From NCBI GenBank assembly GCA_043812195.1, contig JBDRML010000024.1, positions 1 to 30,928 on the forward strand: a DNA stretch of 30,928 nucleotides. Direction: 5' to 3'. Position 1 is the stretch's first letter. Each line of letters begins with the position of its first letter. This stretch comes from Candidatus Woesearchaeota archaeon (lineage in GTDB: Archaea; Nanobdellota; Nanobdellia; SCGC-AAA011-G17; PNOQ01). Below are positions 1-10,386 of the stretch, one piece after another. A model generated the notes under the pieces. It saw nothing but the letters and a program-made list of their open reading frames with translations. It did not search any database and was not told the DNA's origin. A program made the position numbers and the translations under genes.

Positions 1-32
1 ACTTCCAATCCATTGTTTCCTTTTTGATACAT
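1..32 (-). CDS. 5' end of a gene running off the left edge (MYQKGNNGLE...)
   Basis: ATG at 32 on the minus strand, open to the edge, with a BRE/TATA-like CCGAAAGATTTAAATA about 25 bp upstream (56-71). Confidence 0.45.
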   Translation of the reverse strand, partial: MYQKGNNGLE

Positions 33-183
33 ATGTATCTAATTATATACATCACTATTTAAATCTTTCGGTTTTAGAATGGTTTTCTCACAAAGATTAT
101 GATAAAAGATTTAAGTATAATTCTTAATCTAAACACTCACCACAACCTTTTTATATAAATAAACTAAAAAATAAGTAAAAGAG

Positions 184-1179
184 GTGAATATGAGAGTTGC
201 TATAAATGGTTTTGGTAGAATTGGAAGGGTAGTTTTCAAATTAGCACTAGAAAAAAAAGTAAATATAGTTGCTATAAACGATGTTCACGGCCCAGAAGAT
301 GCAGCCTATTTATTAAAATATGATTCTACTTATGGCAGATTTAATGGAAAAATAAAATCAACAAAAGATTCAATAATAGTAAATGGAAAGAAAATTTTAG
401 TTCTTAGTGAAAGAGATCCTTTAAAATTACCTTGGAAAAAATTAAAAGTAGATGTAGTAGTTGAAAGCACAGGAGCATTTACAGAAAAAGAAGGATTCTT
501 ACAACATCTTGAAGCAGGAGCAAAAAAAGTAGTTATTACTGCACCAGCAAAAGGGCAAGACATAACCATAGTTCCAGGAATCAACCATAAAAAATTAAAA
601 AATAAACACAAAACAATATCAATAGCATCATGTACAACAAATTGCTTAGCTCCAGTATTAAAGGTTCTAAATAATAAATTTAAAATTAAAAATGCATTAA
701 TGACCACAGCACATGCATATACAAACTCGCAAGGATTATTAGATGGATACCATAAAAAACCAAGAAGAGGCAGATCAGCAGCAATGAACATCGTACCAAC
801 AACAACAGGCGCATCACAAGCAGTTATAGAAGCTATGCCAGAAATGAAAGGCAAAATAGATGGAATGGCTATGAGAGTTCCAGTAGCCGCAGGATCTATA
901 ATAGATTTAACTGCAGAATTAAAAAAGCGTTTTGATGTTGATAAAATAAATAAAGCATTCAAAGAAGCATCCCAAAAAGAACTAAAAGGAATATTAAATT
1001 ACACAGAAGAAGAACTTGTTTCTAGTGATATTATTGGAGATTCACATTCTGTAGTCATAGATGGATTAAATACAAGAAAAATTGGCAAATTAGTAAAAGT
1101 TCTAGCGTGGTATGATAATGAATTCGGATATTCCTGTAGGGTAGTAGAAGTAATTAAAATGCTTAGAAAATGGACTTAG
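184..1179 (+). CDS. gap: Type I (bacterial-type) glyceraldehyde-3-phosphate dehydrogenase
   Basis: INGFGRIGR Rossmann motif, catalytic ASCTTNCL, WYDNE near the C-terminus. Confidence 0.97.
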   Translation: MNMRVAINGFGRIGRVVFKLALEKKVNIVAINDVHGPEDAAYLLKYDSTYGRFNGKIKSTKDSIIVNGKKILVLSERDPLKLPWKKLKVDVVVESTGAFTEKEGFLQHLEAGAKKVVITAPAKGQDITIVPGINHKKLKNKHKTISIASCTTNCLAPVLKVLNNKFKIKNALMTTAHAYTNSQGLLDGYHKKPRRGRSAAMNIVPTTTGASQAVIEAMPEMKGKIDGMAMRVPVAAGSIIDLTAELKKRFDVDKINKAFKEASQKELKGILNYTEEELVSSDIIGDSHSVVIDGLNTRKIGKLVKVLAWYDNEFGYSCRVVEVIKMLRKWT

Positions 1180-2312
1180 TTAAAAAAAGTAAAAAAGTTT
1201 TAAAAAAACTTCAGCTAAAAAATGGAGGTATAACAGCAACTCCAATGAAACAGGCCTATCCATATGTCTATCCAAGAGACGCAGTTTTTGTTACAAAAGC
1301 ATACAATAGATTAGGCATGCATAAAAATTCAGAAAAATTCTACTATTTCATAAAAAATAATACAAGGATAGAATATTTTAGAGAGATATTTCACAGATAC
1401 AATGAAACGGGCAATCCATGCGTTACAAGAAAACACGAGCACGATAATAATGGGTTAATAATTCATGGTATACACGACACATACAGACACGGGAAAAGCA
1501 AGAATTTTATAATTGACATGTGGCCCCTGATAAAGATATGTATAAATGCAATTTTAAAAAATAAAAGAAACAACCTGATAAGAACAGAAAGAAGTATTCA
1601 CGAATTTTTCAGATTAGAAGATGGATTTGAAATCTGGGTAAATTGCGTGTCATGCAGAGCACTTTATGATGCATCAGAGATAGCCAAAGAGTTAAACTGC
1701 AAAGAACATAAAATTTGGTTCAAAGAAGCTGAAAAACTTAAAAAAAATATTAAAAAAAGATTCATGAAAAAAAACGGATTATTCAAAAAAAATCTTAAGT
1801 TTAAGGATTCATCAGATATCACCCAATTATCTCCATTCTATTTTAATTTAGTAGACTCAAAAAAATTTCTAAAGAAAAATATGGATTATCTAAAGAATAA
1901 TCTTTGGTATAGCGAAGTTGGTGGATTTAGAAGATTCAAAAGATTCGACAAGGTAAAAGACTGGCACTGGTATACCGGAGGTTCAGGAGCATGGATAGTC
2001 TTCACTTTATGGGGTGCAAGGTTCTACAAAATATTGAAAGACAAGAAAAATTTGAAGCAGTGTCTTAATTTAATAGAAAAGACAGTAGGCGCATTAAATG
2101 GAATGCTCCCAGAGCATGTTTCCACCAGGCACGAATACGATTTATGGAAAAAGAACGAGATAGAATTAAACCACAGAGTGTTAAACGGAATGAAAATAGC
2201 GAGAAAGACAAATCAAATGTTAAAGAAAAAAACGGGAGAGGATTTGATAGCATGGGCAACCCCATTAGGCTGGGCTCATGCAGAATATATCCTATTCAAA
2301 AATGAAGTATAA
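1170..2312 (+). CDS. GH15-like (glucoamylase/trehalase-type) six-hairpin glycoside hydrolase
   Basis: YPYVYPRD, HEF and LPEH motifs and C-terminal PLGWAHA resemble the GH15 catalytic domain; lies in a sugar operon. Confidence 0.75.
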   Translation: MDLVKKSKKVLKKLQLKNGGITATPMKQAYPYVYPRDAVFVTKAYNRLGMHKNSEKFYYFIKNNTRIEYFREIFHRYNETGNPCVTRKHEHDNNGLIIHGIHDTYRHGKSKNFIIDMWPLIKICINAILKNKRNNLIRTERSIHEFFRLEDGFEIWVNCVSCRALYDASEIAKELNCKEHKIWFKEAEKLKKNIKKRFMKKNGLFKKNLKFKDSSDITQLSPFYFNLVDSKKFLKKNMDYLKNNLWYSEVGGFRRFKRFDKVKDWHWYTGGSGAWIVFTLWGARFYKILKDKKNLKQCLNLIEKTVGALNGMLPEHVSTRHEYDLWKKNEIELNHRVLNGMKIARKTNQMLKKKTGEDLIAWATPLGWAHAEYILFKNEV

Positions 2313-3405
2313 AATAATAGATAATTTAAAATTAAAGAAAAAAAGAGTTCTTTTAAGAGTAGATCTGAACACAGAAATAATAAATAATAATCCAGTATTT
2401 TCAGAGAGATTTAAAGCGCATCTAAAAACAATAGAAGAACTTCTTAAGAAACAAGCTAAAGTAGTAGTATTAGCACATCAAGGAAGAAAAGGCAAAAAAG
2501 ATTTCATTAGTTTAAAAAAACATTCTAAATTACTAAAAATTAACTTCATAAATGATATCTACGGAAAAAAAGCTATAAATGCAATTAAAAAATTAAAATT
2601 TGGAGAAGCACTATTATTAGAAAATGTAAGATTTTCAAAAGAAGAATTCAACAAAAACTACAAAAAAAATAAAATGCTAAAAGCACTAGCACCACATTTT
2701 GATTATTTCATAAATGATGCCTTTTCTGTTTCTCACAGAGATGAAACTTCGATAACAGGCTTTCCTAAAGTATTATCATCAGCAATAGGCAGAGTAATGG
2801 AAAATGAACTTAAACATATAAATAAGATAAAACTAAAAAATACACTTTACATTTTAGGAGGGATAAAACCAGAAGATATTAAATTATTATTAGATAATCA
2901 TAAAATCTTATCAACAGGAATCTTTTCTCTACTAACTTTAAAATCTAAAGGAGTAAAATTCGGAGCGCAAGATAAAAAACTAAGCTCAATGCCAAGGATT
3001 AAAAAATTAAAAAACATAAAAACACCAATAGATTTTGCAATAGAAGTAAAAGGAAAAAGAAAAGAAATTTCAATTAAAGATTTACCAACTAAATATCCAA
3101 TTTTAGACATAGGCCCAAAAACCATAAAAGAATACTCAAAAATTATAAAAAATTCTAAATCAATATTTTTCAAGGGGGCAGCAGGAGTCTATGAGAAAAA
3201 TCAATTCTCTAAAGGAACAAAAGAACTTCTTAAATCAATAGAAGAATCCAAAGCATTTTCAGTTATAGCAGGCGGAAGTGCAAATAATGCAATAAAAAGA
3301 TTTAAAATAAAGAGAAATAAAATTAACTATGTAAGTTTAAGCGGTGGAGCATTAATTTACTACATAGCAGGTAAAAAACTACCAGGATTAGAAGCAATAA
3401 AATGA
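2302..3405 (+). CDS. pgk: Phosphoglycerate kinase
   Basis: RVDLN, AHQGR, LLENVRF, NDAFSVSHR, DIGPKT, SLSGGA; start moved to ATG 2302, overlapping the upstream stop. Confidence 0.95.
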   Translation: MKYKIIDNLKLKKKRVLLRVDLNTEIINNNPVFSERFKAHLKTIEELLKKQAKVVVLAHQGRKGKKDFISLKKHSKLLKINFINDIYGKKAINAIKKLKFGEALLLENVRFSKEEFNKNYKKNKMLKALAPHFDYFINDAFSVSHRDETSITGFPKVLSSAIGRVMENELKHINKIKLKNTLYILGGIKPEDIKLLLDNHKILSTGIFSLLTLKSKGVKFGAQDKKLSSMPRIKKLKNIKTPIDFAIEVKGKRKEISIKDLPTKYPILDIGPKTIKEYSKIIKNSKSIFFKGAAGVYEKNQFSKGTKELLKSIEESKAFSVIAGGSANNAIKRFKIKRNKINYVSLSGGALIYYIAGKKLPGLEAIK

Positions 3406-3965
3406 AAATCATATTTGTAAGACATGGATTAACAAAAGAGGGAAAAGAAAAAAAGAACCTAATAAAAGAAGGAAGAGAACAAGCTAGATTATTAGCTAAA
3501 AGATTAAAGAAAGAAAAAATAGACAAATTATATTCGAGCGATATGCCAAGAGCAAAACAAACTGCGGAAATAATTTCAAAAGAAATAAATTTACCAATAG
3601 AACTAAAGCCAGAATTAAGAGAATATGAAGAAGCAATATTTCTTGTAGAGGATTTATCTAAATGGCCCGAAGAAGAGCAAAAAAAATTAAAAAAATTAAA
3701 AATTTTTCTTAATGAACTAATAAAATCAAAAGAAGAAGATAAAACAATTTTGGTTGTTGCACACGGAATAACAAACAGGCTTATAATTTCAAATATTATG
3801 AAAATTCCAATGGGAAGGACATTTTATTTTAGACAGTTCAATACTTGTATAAATATAATACATTGGACAAAAGACTCTCCAATAAAAGATTGGAAGCTAT
3901 CTCTGATGAATGATGTATCACACCTAACACATAAATTAGGAGAATTATCTAAATCAAATGATTGA
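3402..3965 (+). CDS. Histidine phosphatase superfamily protein (phosphoglycerate mutase-like)
   Basis: FVRHG, SSDMPRAKQTA, LRE and VAHG motifs. Confidence 0.85.
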   Translation: MKIIFVRHGLTKEGKEKKNLIKEGREQARLLAKRLKKEKIDKLYSSDMPRAKQTAEIISKEINLPIELKPELREYEEAIFLVEDLSKWPEEEQKKLKKLKIFLNELIKSKEEDKTILVVAHGITNRLIISNIMKIPMGRTFYFRQFNTCINIIHWTKDSPIKDWKLSLMNDVSHLTHKLGELSKSND

Positions 3966-4905
3966 TGTAATCACAATAGGAAGTGCATTAGTGGATATAT
4001 TTATAGACACAGACAGACCAGAATCTGGAAATAAAATTTGTTATCCAATCGGTGGAAAATTCTTAGTTAAAGATTTAAAATTTTCAACAGGGGGTGGTGG
4101 TTTAAACTCAGCAGTTGCACTTTCAAAATTAGGAGTAAGAACAGGTTTCTTAGGTGGAATAGGAAATGACAAAAATGGAGAAATAATCTTAAAAGAACTA
4201 AGAAAAAATAAAGTAAAATTCATAGGAACAATATCAAAAAAAAGCACAGGCTTTTCAGTGATTTTAGATACAAGAGAAAAGCACAGAACTATACTAACAA
4301 ACAAAGGAGCAAGCGATCATCTAAACTTCAACAAATTAAAACTCAGAAAACTAAAAACAAAATGGTTCAGATTTTCATCAATGGAAAAAGAGTCACATAA
4401 TACAGAAATAAAATTAGCCAATTTCGCAAAGAAAAATAAAATTAAAATATGTTTTGCTCCAAGCATGTATCAACTTATAAAAGGTATTAAACCAGTTAAA
4501 AATATTCTTAAAAAAACAGATTTATTAATTCTAAATAAAGAAGAAGCAAGTATGTTAGTTAAAAAAGGAGATATTCTAAAAGGCCTTCATAAACTAGGCC
4601 CAAAAATAGTTTGCATTACAGATGGAGAAAAAGAAGTAATAGTTTCAGATAAAAAATACAAATACGGAGCAAAACCACAAAAAGTAAAAGCAACAGAAAA
4701 AACAGGAGCAGGGGATGCATTCTCATCAGCCTTCTTAGCAGGATTAATTAAGAAAAATGATATAGGAGTTGCAATAAAAGCTGGAATACTAAATGCCCAA
4801 TCAACTATCCAAAAATTCGGCTCGAAAAATGGATTATTAACTAGACTTGAAATATTAAAAAAACTAACATTAACATCAATCAAAATTAAGAAAGAGACAA
4901 TATGA
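3958..4905 (+). CDS. PfkB/ribokinase-family carbohydrate kinase
   Basis: GGGGLNSAVALSKLG, NKEEA and TGAGDAF signatures. Confidence 0.92.
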   Translation: MIDVITIGSALVDIFIDTDRPESGNKICYPIGGKFLVKDLKFSTGGGGLNSAVALSKLGVRTGFLGGIGNDKNGEIILKELRKNKVKFIGTISKKSTGFSVILDTREKHRTILTNKGASDHLNFNKLKLRKLKTKWFRFSSMEKESHNTEIKLANFAKKNKIKICFAPSMYQLIKGIKPVKNILKKTDLLILNKEEASMLVKKGDILKGLHKLGPKIVCITDGEKEVIVSDKKYKYGAKPQKVKATEKTGAGDAFSSAFLAGLIKKNDIGVAIKAGILNAQSTIQKFGSKNGLLTRLEILKKLTLTSIKIKKETI

Positions 4906-5687
4906 AAATTAAACTTAGTCCAATATTGAAAAAAGGAAAAGCAATCTACTTAGCTTATGATCAAGGTTTTGAGCACGGACCAATTGATTTTAATGATAAA
5001 AACATAGACCCAGATTATATATTTAATATAGCACTCAAAGGAAAATATAATGGAATAATAGTTCATAAAGGAATAGCAGAAAAATACTACACAAAAAAAT
5101 ACAAAAAAATTCCATTAATAGTAAAATTAAACGGTAAGACTAAACTTCTAAAAGGAGAACCACTTTCAACACAACTTTGCACTGTTAACGAAGCAAAAAA
5201 ATTAGGAGCAAAAGCAGTAGGCTATACTATTTATGTTGGTAGTGCATACTCACAAAAAATGTTCCAAGAATTTGAAAATATTCAAAGAGAAGCCCATAAA
5301 ATAGGTATACCAGTTATAGCATGGATGTATCCAAGGGGAAAAGCAGTAAAAAAACCACAATCAAGAGAAATACAAGCTTATGCAGCAAGATTAGGTTTAG
5401 AATTAGGAGCAGATATGATAAAAATGCATATATCTAACAATATGAAAGATTTCAAATGGCTAGTTAAATCAGCAGGAAAAGTAAAAGTCTTTGTAGCAGG
5501 AGGACCAAAAGCATCAACAAATAAATTATTAGAAAATACTTATAATTATATGAAAAACGGAGCATACGGAATAGCAATCGGAAGAAACATCTGGCAATAC
5601 AAAGAACCTCTTAAAATAACAAAAGCCTTAAAAGAAATTATTTTCAACAATAAGACACCAAAGCAAGCAATGAAATATTTAAAATAA
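4902..5687 (+). CDS. fba: Class I (DhnA/archaeal-type) fructose-bisphosphate aldolase
   Basis: LAYDQGFEHGP, WMYPRG, ELGADMIK (Schiff-base Lys), AGG, GRNIWQ. Confidence 0.9.
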   Translation: MKIKLSPILKKGKAIYLAYDQGFEHGPIDFNDKNIDPDYIFNIALKGKYNGIIVHKGIAEKYYTKKYKKIPLIVKLNGKTKLLKGEPLSTQLCTVNEAKKLGAKAVGYTIYVGSAYSQKMFQEFENIQREAHKIGIPVIAWMYPRGKAVKKPQSREIQAYAARLGLELGADMIKMHISNNMKDFKWLVKSAGKVKVFVAGGPKASTNKLLENTYNYMKNGAYGIAIGRNIWQYKEPLKITKALKEIIFNNKTPKQAMKYLK

Positions 5688-5729
5688 AAACCGTTAACTA
5701 TTTAAACACTTGTTCATATATTTAAACAT

Positions 5730-6254
5730 ATGATTAAAGAATTAAACACATTTAAACCATTCTTTGAAGAACCAACTAAAGAATTTGGAGTAAGAGAAAT
5801 AGCAAGAATAATAAAAATATCACCAGCAACAGCAAGTAAACAATTAAAAGATTTAACAAAAAGAGGAATACTAAAAGGAAGAAAAGAAAGAATATACAAT
5901 TTATACAAAGCAAATTTAGAAAGTGATAACTATAAAGACTTAAAGATATACTACAATATTAAAAATATAAAAGATTCAAATCTAATAGAAGAAATAAATA
6001 AATTCTACCTAAAGCCAACAATAATCCTATTCGGTTCATTATCTACAGGTTTAGATACAGAAACAAGTGATATAGATCTGTTAATAATATCAGAAAAAAC
6101 AAAAAAATTTACAAATATCGAAAAATATGAAAAAAAACTAAAAAGAAAATTACAATTCTTTGTAGTAAAAGACATTAAAGATTTAAAGAACAAACACCTA
6201 ATAAACAATATAATAAACGGAATAACAATTCAGGGAAAAATAAAATGGACTTAG
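5730..6254 (+). CDS. wHTH-fused minimal nucleotidyltransferase (MNT), antitoxin-like
   Basis: N-terminal HTH (VREIARIIKISPATASKQLKDL) and the LFGS...SDIDLL Pol-beta motif. Confidence 0.85.
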   Translation: MIKELNTFKPFFEEPTKEFGVREIARIIKISPATASKQLKDLTKRGILKGRKERIYNLYKANLESDNYKDLKIYYNIKNIKDSNLIEEINKFYLKPTIILFGSLSTGLDTETSDIDLLIISEKTKKFTNIEKYEKKLKRKLQFFVVKDIKDLKNKHLINNIINGITIQGKIKWT

Positions 6255-6661
6255 ATGAATGCTTTAAAAAAGGATTAATTAAAAAAACAGAAATAAATAA
6301 AGAATTAATAAGATCTTTAATAGAAATGTCAAAAATAAAAGAGGATGCAGTCAAAAGTGCTAAAATAACAAAAACAAATATCTCAGCTTATGTTTCATTA
6401 GCATACGATTCTCTAAGAGAAATATTAGAATCTCTTTGCATTTTAAATGGTTATAAAGTAATATCTCATATTTGCATTGGTGAGCTTCTAAACAAAATAA
6501 TGAGGGAATTTGATTACAAGGATTTTGACAGGGTAAGATGGATTAGAAACAGTATTAATTATTATGGAGAAAAAGTAGAATTTAAACAGGGAAAAGAAAT
6601 AATAACTAAAATTTTCAATATGAAAAACAAAATATTAAAAAACTACCTAAACAAAATATAA
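6245..6661 (+). CDS. HEPN-like protein, partner of MNT
   Basis: Overlaps MNT; helical; AY..SH and RNSINY motifs. Confidence 0.75.
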   Translation: MDLDECFKKGLIKKTEINKELIRSLIEMSKIKEDAVKSAKITKTNISAYVSLAYDSLREILESLCILNGYKVISHICIGELLNKIMREFDYKDFDRVRWIRNSINYYGEKVEFKQGKEIITKIFNMKNKILKNYLNKI

Positions 6662-6664
6662 AAA

Positions 6665-7285
6665 ATGATAATAATAAATTTCAAAAATTACAAAAGAGGA
6701 AAAGAAACTTTAAAACTAGCCAAATTAATAGAAAAAATAAATAAAAATATTATAGTAGCAGTACCATCAGGAGATTTAGAAGAAGTTTCTAAAAAAACAA
6801 AATTAAAAGTCTATGCTCAACATGTAGACTACAGAGAACCAGGAAAAGGAACAGGTTATGTAATCCCAGAAGAACTTAAATCACTAAAAGTAAAAGGTTC
6901 AATAATAAATCATTCAGAACACAGAATTCCAAAACAAGCAATCAAAAAAACAATACAGAGATTAAAGAAATTAAAACTCAAATCAATAGTCTGCGCCAAA
7001 AATTTAAAAGAAGTAAAAGAATTCAAAAAACTAAAACCTTATGCAATAGCTTACGAAGATCCTAAATTAATATCAACAAAGAAATCAATAACAGAATACA
7101 ATAAAGAAAGCGTAATTAAATTCTCAAAATTATTAAAAAATACAAAGATAATCCCAATTTGCGGAGCAGGAATAAATAAAAAAGAAGATATAGAAGAAGC
7201 CAAAAAATTAGGCTGCAAAGGTGTATTAATTGCTTCAGCAATAGCTAATGTAAAAAACCCAGAGAAATTATTAAAACAACTCTAA
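6665..7285 (+). CDS. tpiA: Triosephosphate isomerase, short archaeal type
   Basis: INFKNY, AQH, NHSEHR, AYED, CGAGI, GVLIASA. Confidence 0.93.
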   Translation: MIIINFKNYKRGKETLKLAKLIEKINKNIIVAVPSGDLEEVSKKTKLKVYAQHVDYREPGKGTGYVIPEELKSLKVKGSIINHSEHRIPKQAIKKTIQRLKKLKLKSIVCAKNLKEVKEFKKLKPYAIAYEDPKLISTKKSITEYNKESVIKFSKLLKNTKIIPICGAGINKKEDIEEAKKLGCKGVLIASAIANVKNPEKLLKQL

Positions 7286-7324
7286 AAAACAAAGATTTAA
7301 AAAGATAATATTCCAATTAAAAAT

Positions 7325-7591
7325 ATGAAAGAAAAATATTTTATGGATGTTGTAATAAACAAAGAAAAATTAAGTGATGGAAGCCCTATTTTTGTTGCTC
7401 ATTGCCAAAGCTTAGGTATAGCTAGCCAAGGCAAAGATATGGAAGAAGCAATGAAAAACATTAAAGAAGCAATTGAATTATATTTAGAAGAACAACCACA
7501 AAAATACAATGAGTTATCTACTAATGAATTACCTTTATTCTCTGTTATTGAGGTGATAAAGGATGCCAAAGCTGCCAATAGTGTCAGGTAA
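7325..7591 (+). CDS. hicB: HicB-family antitoxin
   Basis: ASQGKDMEEAMKNIKEAIELYLE motif; directly upstream of hicA. Confidence 0.85.
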   Translation: MKEKYFMDVVINKEKLSDGSPIFVAHCQSLGIASQGKDMEEAMKNIKEAIELYLEEQPQKYNELSTNELPLFSVIEVIKDAKAANSVR

Positions 7592-7790
7592 AGATGTTGT
7601 TAAAGCTCTTTATAAAATTGGCTTCAAACATGTAAGAACTAAAGGAAGTCATGCAATATTAAATAAACAAACCAAAAAAGGCAAGATGACAATACCAGTT
7701 CCATTACATAAAGAACTTGCTAAGGGAACATTAAAAAGTATAATGAAGCAAGCAGATTTAGATCTTGAAGATTTTATAAAGTTAATCTAA
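7563..7790 (+). CDS. hicA: HicA-family toxin
   Basis: GF...KGSH, VPLHKEL..GTLKSI. Confidence 0.9.
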   Translation: MPKLPIVSGKDVVKALYKIGFKHVRTKGSHAILNKQTKKGKMTIPVPLHKELAKGTLKSIMKQADLDLEDFIKLI

Positions 7791-7792
7791 CT

Positions 7793-8731
7793 CTAAATCC
7801 ATTTTTTCTTTCTAAAAAATACAACCATAATCATCATAGACATAAGCATTAAAACTATTGGAATAAAAAATCCATATTTTTGACCAAAAAAAGGAATATT
7901 AGCAAAGTTCATTCCCCATATACCAGATATCAACATAGGCAATAATAATAAAGAAGCAATAACTGAAAATGACCTCATAATATCATTTAACTTATTAGAA
8001 ACACTAGTCATATACATATCAAAAACACCAGTCAATTTTTCATCATACAATCCAACTAAATGTTCTGTCTGAGTAGCTTCAATAATCAACTCACTAATAC
8101 CATTTTCATAACCTTCTCTAATTAATTTAGAATCAACTTCATTTAACTTATTAATAGCACTCATATTAGCTCTAATAGCTCTCCTCATAAACATAAACTG
8201 TTTTTTAATAGAAAATAAATCACTCATATCTTGTGCAGTTCCCTTTAATATCTTATCTTCTACTTTATTCAATTTATCACTTATTTTCTCTAATTCACCA
8301 TTAAATTCTCTAATAAATTCAGAAATAACTCTATTAAACAAATAAGCAACACCCATACTAAAAAATTCATGACCTTCCTTACTCAAACAAATATTAAAAA
8401 ATTTGTCCAAAGAACTAATAAGTTTAGGATGCACAGTCATAATATAATTTTTTCCAACAAAAACACCTATAGGAACGCTCTTCTTATCCTTAGTTAAAGC
8501 TCTCAATATAACAAAGCAATAATTCTTTCTCAACACAACCCTAGGAACTTCCTTAATATCTAAACTATCTAATAAATTTCTATCAGATACTTTCAAAGTT
8601 TTTACAATTTTACCTAATTCTTTTTTATCAGGATTATTAACATCTATCCAATAAGTTCCACTATTGAAATTAGCAGAATCAAGAGAACATTTTCTAGCAC
8701 TCTTTTTATCATGTTTTATACAACTAATCAT
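7793..8731 (-). CDS. corA: CorA-family Mg2+/Co2+ transporter
   Basis: WIDV, C-terminal GMNF and two TM helices. Confidence 0.93.
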   Translation of the reverse strand: MISCIKHDKKSARKCSLDSANFNSGTYWIDVNNPDKKELGKIVKTLKVSDRNLLDSLDIKEVPRVVLRKNYCFVILRALTKDKKSVPIGVFVGKNYIMTVHPKLISSLDKFFNICLSKEGHEFFSMGVAYLFNRVISEFIREFNGELEKISDKLNKVEDKILKGTAQDMSDLFSIKKQFMFMRRAIRANMSAINKLNEVDSKLIREGYENGISELIIEATQTEHLVGLYDEKLTGVFDMYMTSVSNKLNDIMRSFSVIASLLLLPMLISGIWGMNFANIPFFGQKYGFFIPIVLMLMSMMIMVVFFRKKKWI

Positions 8732-8789
8732 TAATCTAATTTTAAGATTAGATATTTATAAACTTTCCTCTAAAAATAAAAAAAAGAAA

Positions 8790-8972
8790 TTATTTCAATA
8801 AAATACTATAAAGCAGCTTTCCAATTCCTCCAACAAAGAATAACAAAGCAAACACTTTCTCTAAATCCCAATATCCATACCACAATACTATACCAAATAG
8901 TATAGAAACTACTGCAGCCAAAAACACTGTAAACTTTGTTAATCCCCTACTAGGAGCTTTCTTTTTAGCCAT
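8790..8972 (-). CDS. Small two-TM membrane protein
   Basis: Two hydrophobic segments; GAGGTGA RBS upstream. Confidence 0.65.
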   Translation of the reverse strand: MAKKKAPSRGLTKFTVFLAAVVSILFGIVLWYGYWDLEKVFALLFFVGGIGKLLYSILLK

Positions 8973-9088
8973 TAAATTATCACCTCTTTAAATAAATGTT
9001 ACTAATATTTTAATTTATTTGTTTAAAAAGTTTTCTAAAATTAACTATCCAAAATTATTTAAACCAACTCTTATCTTTATTTTCAATA

Positions 9089-10384
9089 ATGGAAATATTA
9101 TACAAACTTAAAAAAGAGCTGTTAAAAAAAGGAGTGAATGACCTAGTTCTAACACAAAACGAAGTTCAAGAATCTAACTTGAAAATTGTTGATAATAAGA
9201 TCATAAAAACCGAAACAAGCTCCCTAACAGACATAGATATTTTCGCAGAAAAAGACAAAAAATTAATAACAACTGCAATAAAAGACTTCGATGACAACTC
9301 TATAAAAGAAGTAACAAATAAAATAATAGAATTTCTAAATCATTCGCAACCAAATATTCATTATGTAAGAATTCCAGATAAGAATTTAAAATATCCCAAA
9401 ATAGAAGATGGATTTGATACTAAAGTAAAAGAGATAGATGGAGTAGACTTAACAGAATCAGCAATCAACGCAGCTCTTAAAAATTCAGAAAGAACCGCAG
9501 GATTTTTTCAAAAAGCAGTAGGCAAAACAAAAATACTAACATCAACAGGAATAGAAAAAGAAGACGAATTCACATCATTATACTTATCATTAAGAGCATT
9601 CAAAACAAAACAAGCATCAGGACACCAAACTGCAAGTTCAAGAATTTTATCTAAGTTCAACGCAGAAAAAACAGGACAAAAAGCAGGTGAAATAGCATCA
9701 ATGGCATTATCCCCAATAGAAGGAAAGCCAGGGAAATATAATATAGTTTTTTCACCATTAGCATTCGCTCCAATATTAAATAGTATAGGAGACGCAGCTT
9801 CTATTTTCGCAGTAGAATCAGGTATGTCTTTCTTAGCAAATCAAAAAAAGAAATTAGGAAATTTCAGCTTAATAGACAATGGAATATTATCAAATGGTAT
9901 GAATTCAAGTGTATATGATGAAGAAGGACATCCAAAACAAAAGACAATAGTAATAGATAATGGAAAACTAAAAACATTCTTACATAACACATCAACAGCA
10001 GATAGATATAAAGTAGATTCAACAGGCAATGCAGGAATTATATCTCCAGATCCAACCAATATAATTATAGAGGGAGAAACTGGCGACCCATTCGATATTA
10101 AAACTGGAATTTATCTAACAAATGTTTGGTATACAAGATTCCAGAATTATGCAACAGGAGATTTCTCAACAATTCCAAGAGACGGAATGTTTTTAATCAA
10201 AAATGGAAAGATAGATCAACCAATCCAAAATCTAAGAATCTCAGACAATGTATTAAATTTACTAAAAAATATTCAAGTATTTGGAAAAGATAAAGAACAA
10301 ATAACAAGTTGGGAAGCAAGCACACCGGTAATAACAGCACCAGTTCTAATAAAAAAAGTTAATATAACAAAACCAACATCTTGA
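9089..10384 (+). CDS. TldD/PmbA-family protein (PmbA/TldE-like, no HExxH)
   Basis: YDEEG, IDNGKLKTFL, STGNA, TGDFS, IKNGKI motifs. Confidence 0.88.
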   Translation: MEILYKLKKELLKKGVNDLVLTQNEVQESNLKIVDNKIIKTETSSLTDIDIFAEKDKKLITTAIKDFDDNSIKEVTNKIIEFLNHSQPNIHYVRIPDKNLKYPKIEDGFDTKVKEIDGVDLTESAINAALKNSERTAGFFQKAVGKTKILTSTGIEKEDEFTSLYLSLRAFKTKQASGHQTASSRILSKFNAEKTGQKAGEIASMALSPIEGKPGKYNIVFSPLAFAPILNSIGDAASIFAVESGMSFLANQKKKLGNFSLIDNGILSNGMNSSVYDEEGHPKQKTIVIDNGKLKTFLHNTSTADRYKVDSTGNAGIISPDPTNIIIEGETGDPFDIKTGIYLTNVWYTRFQNYATGDFSTIPRDGMFLIKNGKIDQPIQNLRISDNVLNLLKNIQVFGKDKEQITSWEASTPVITAPVLIKKVNITKPTS

Positions 10385-10386
10385 TT

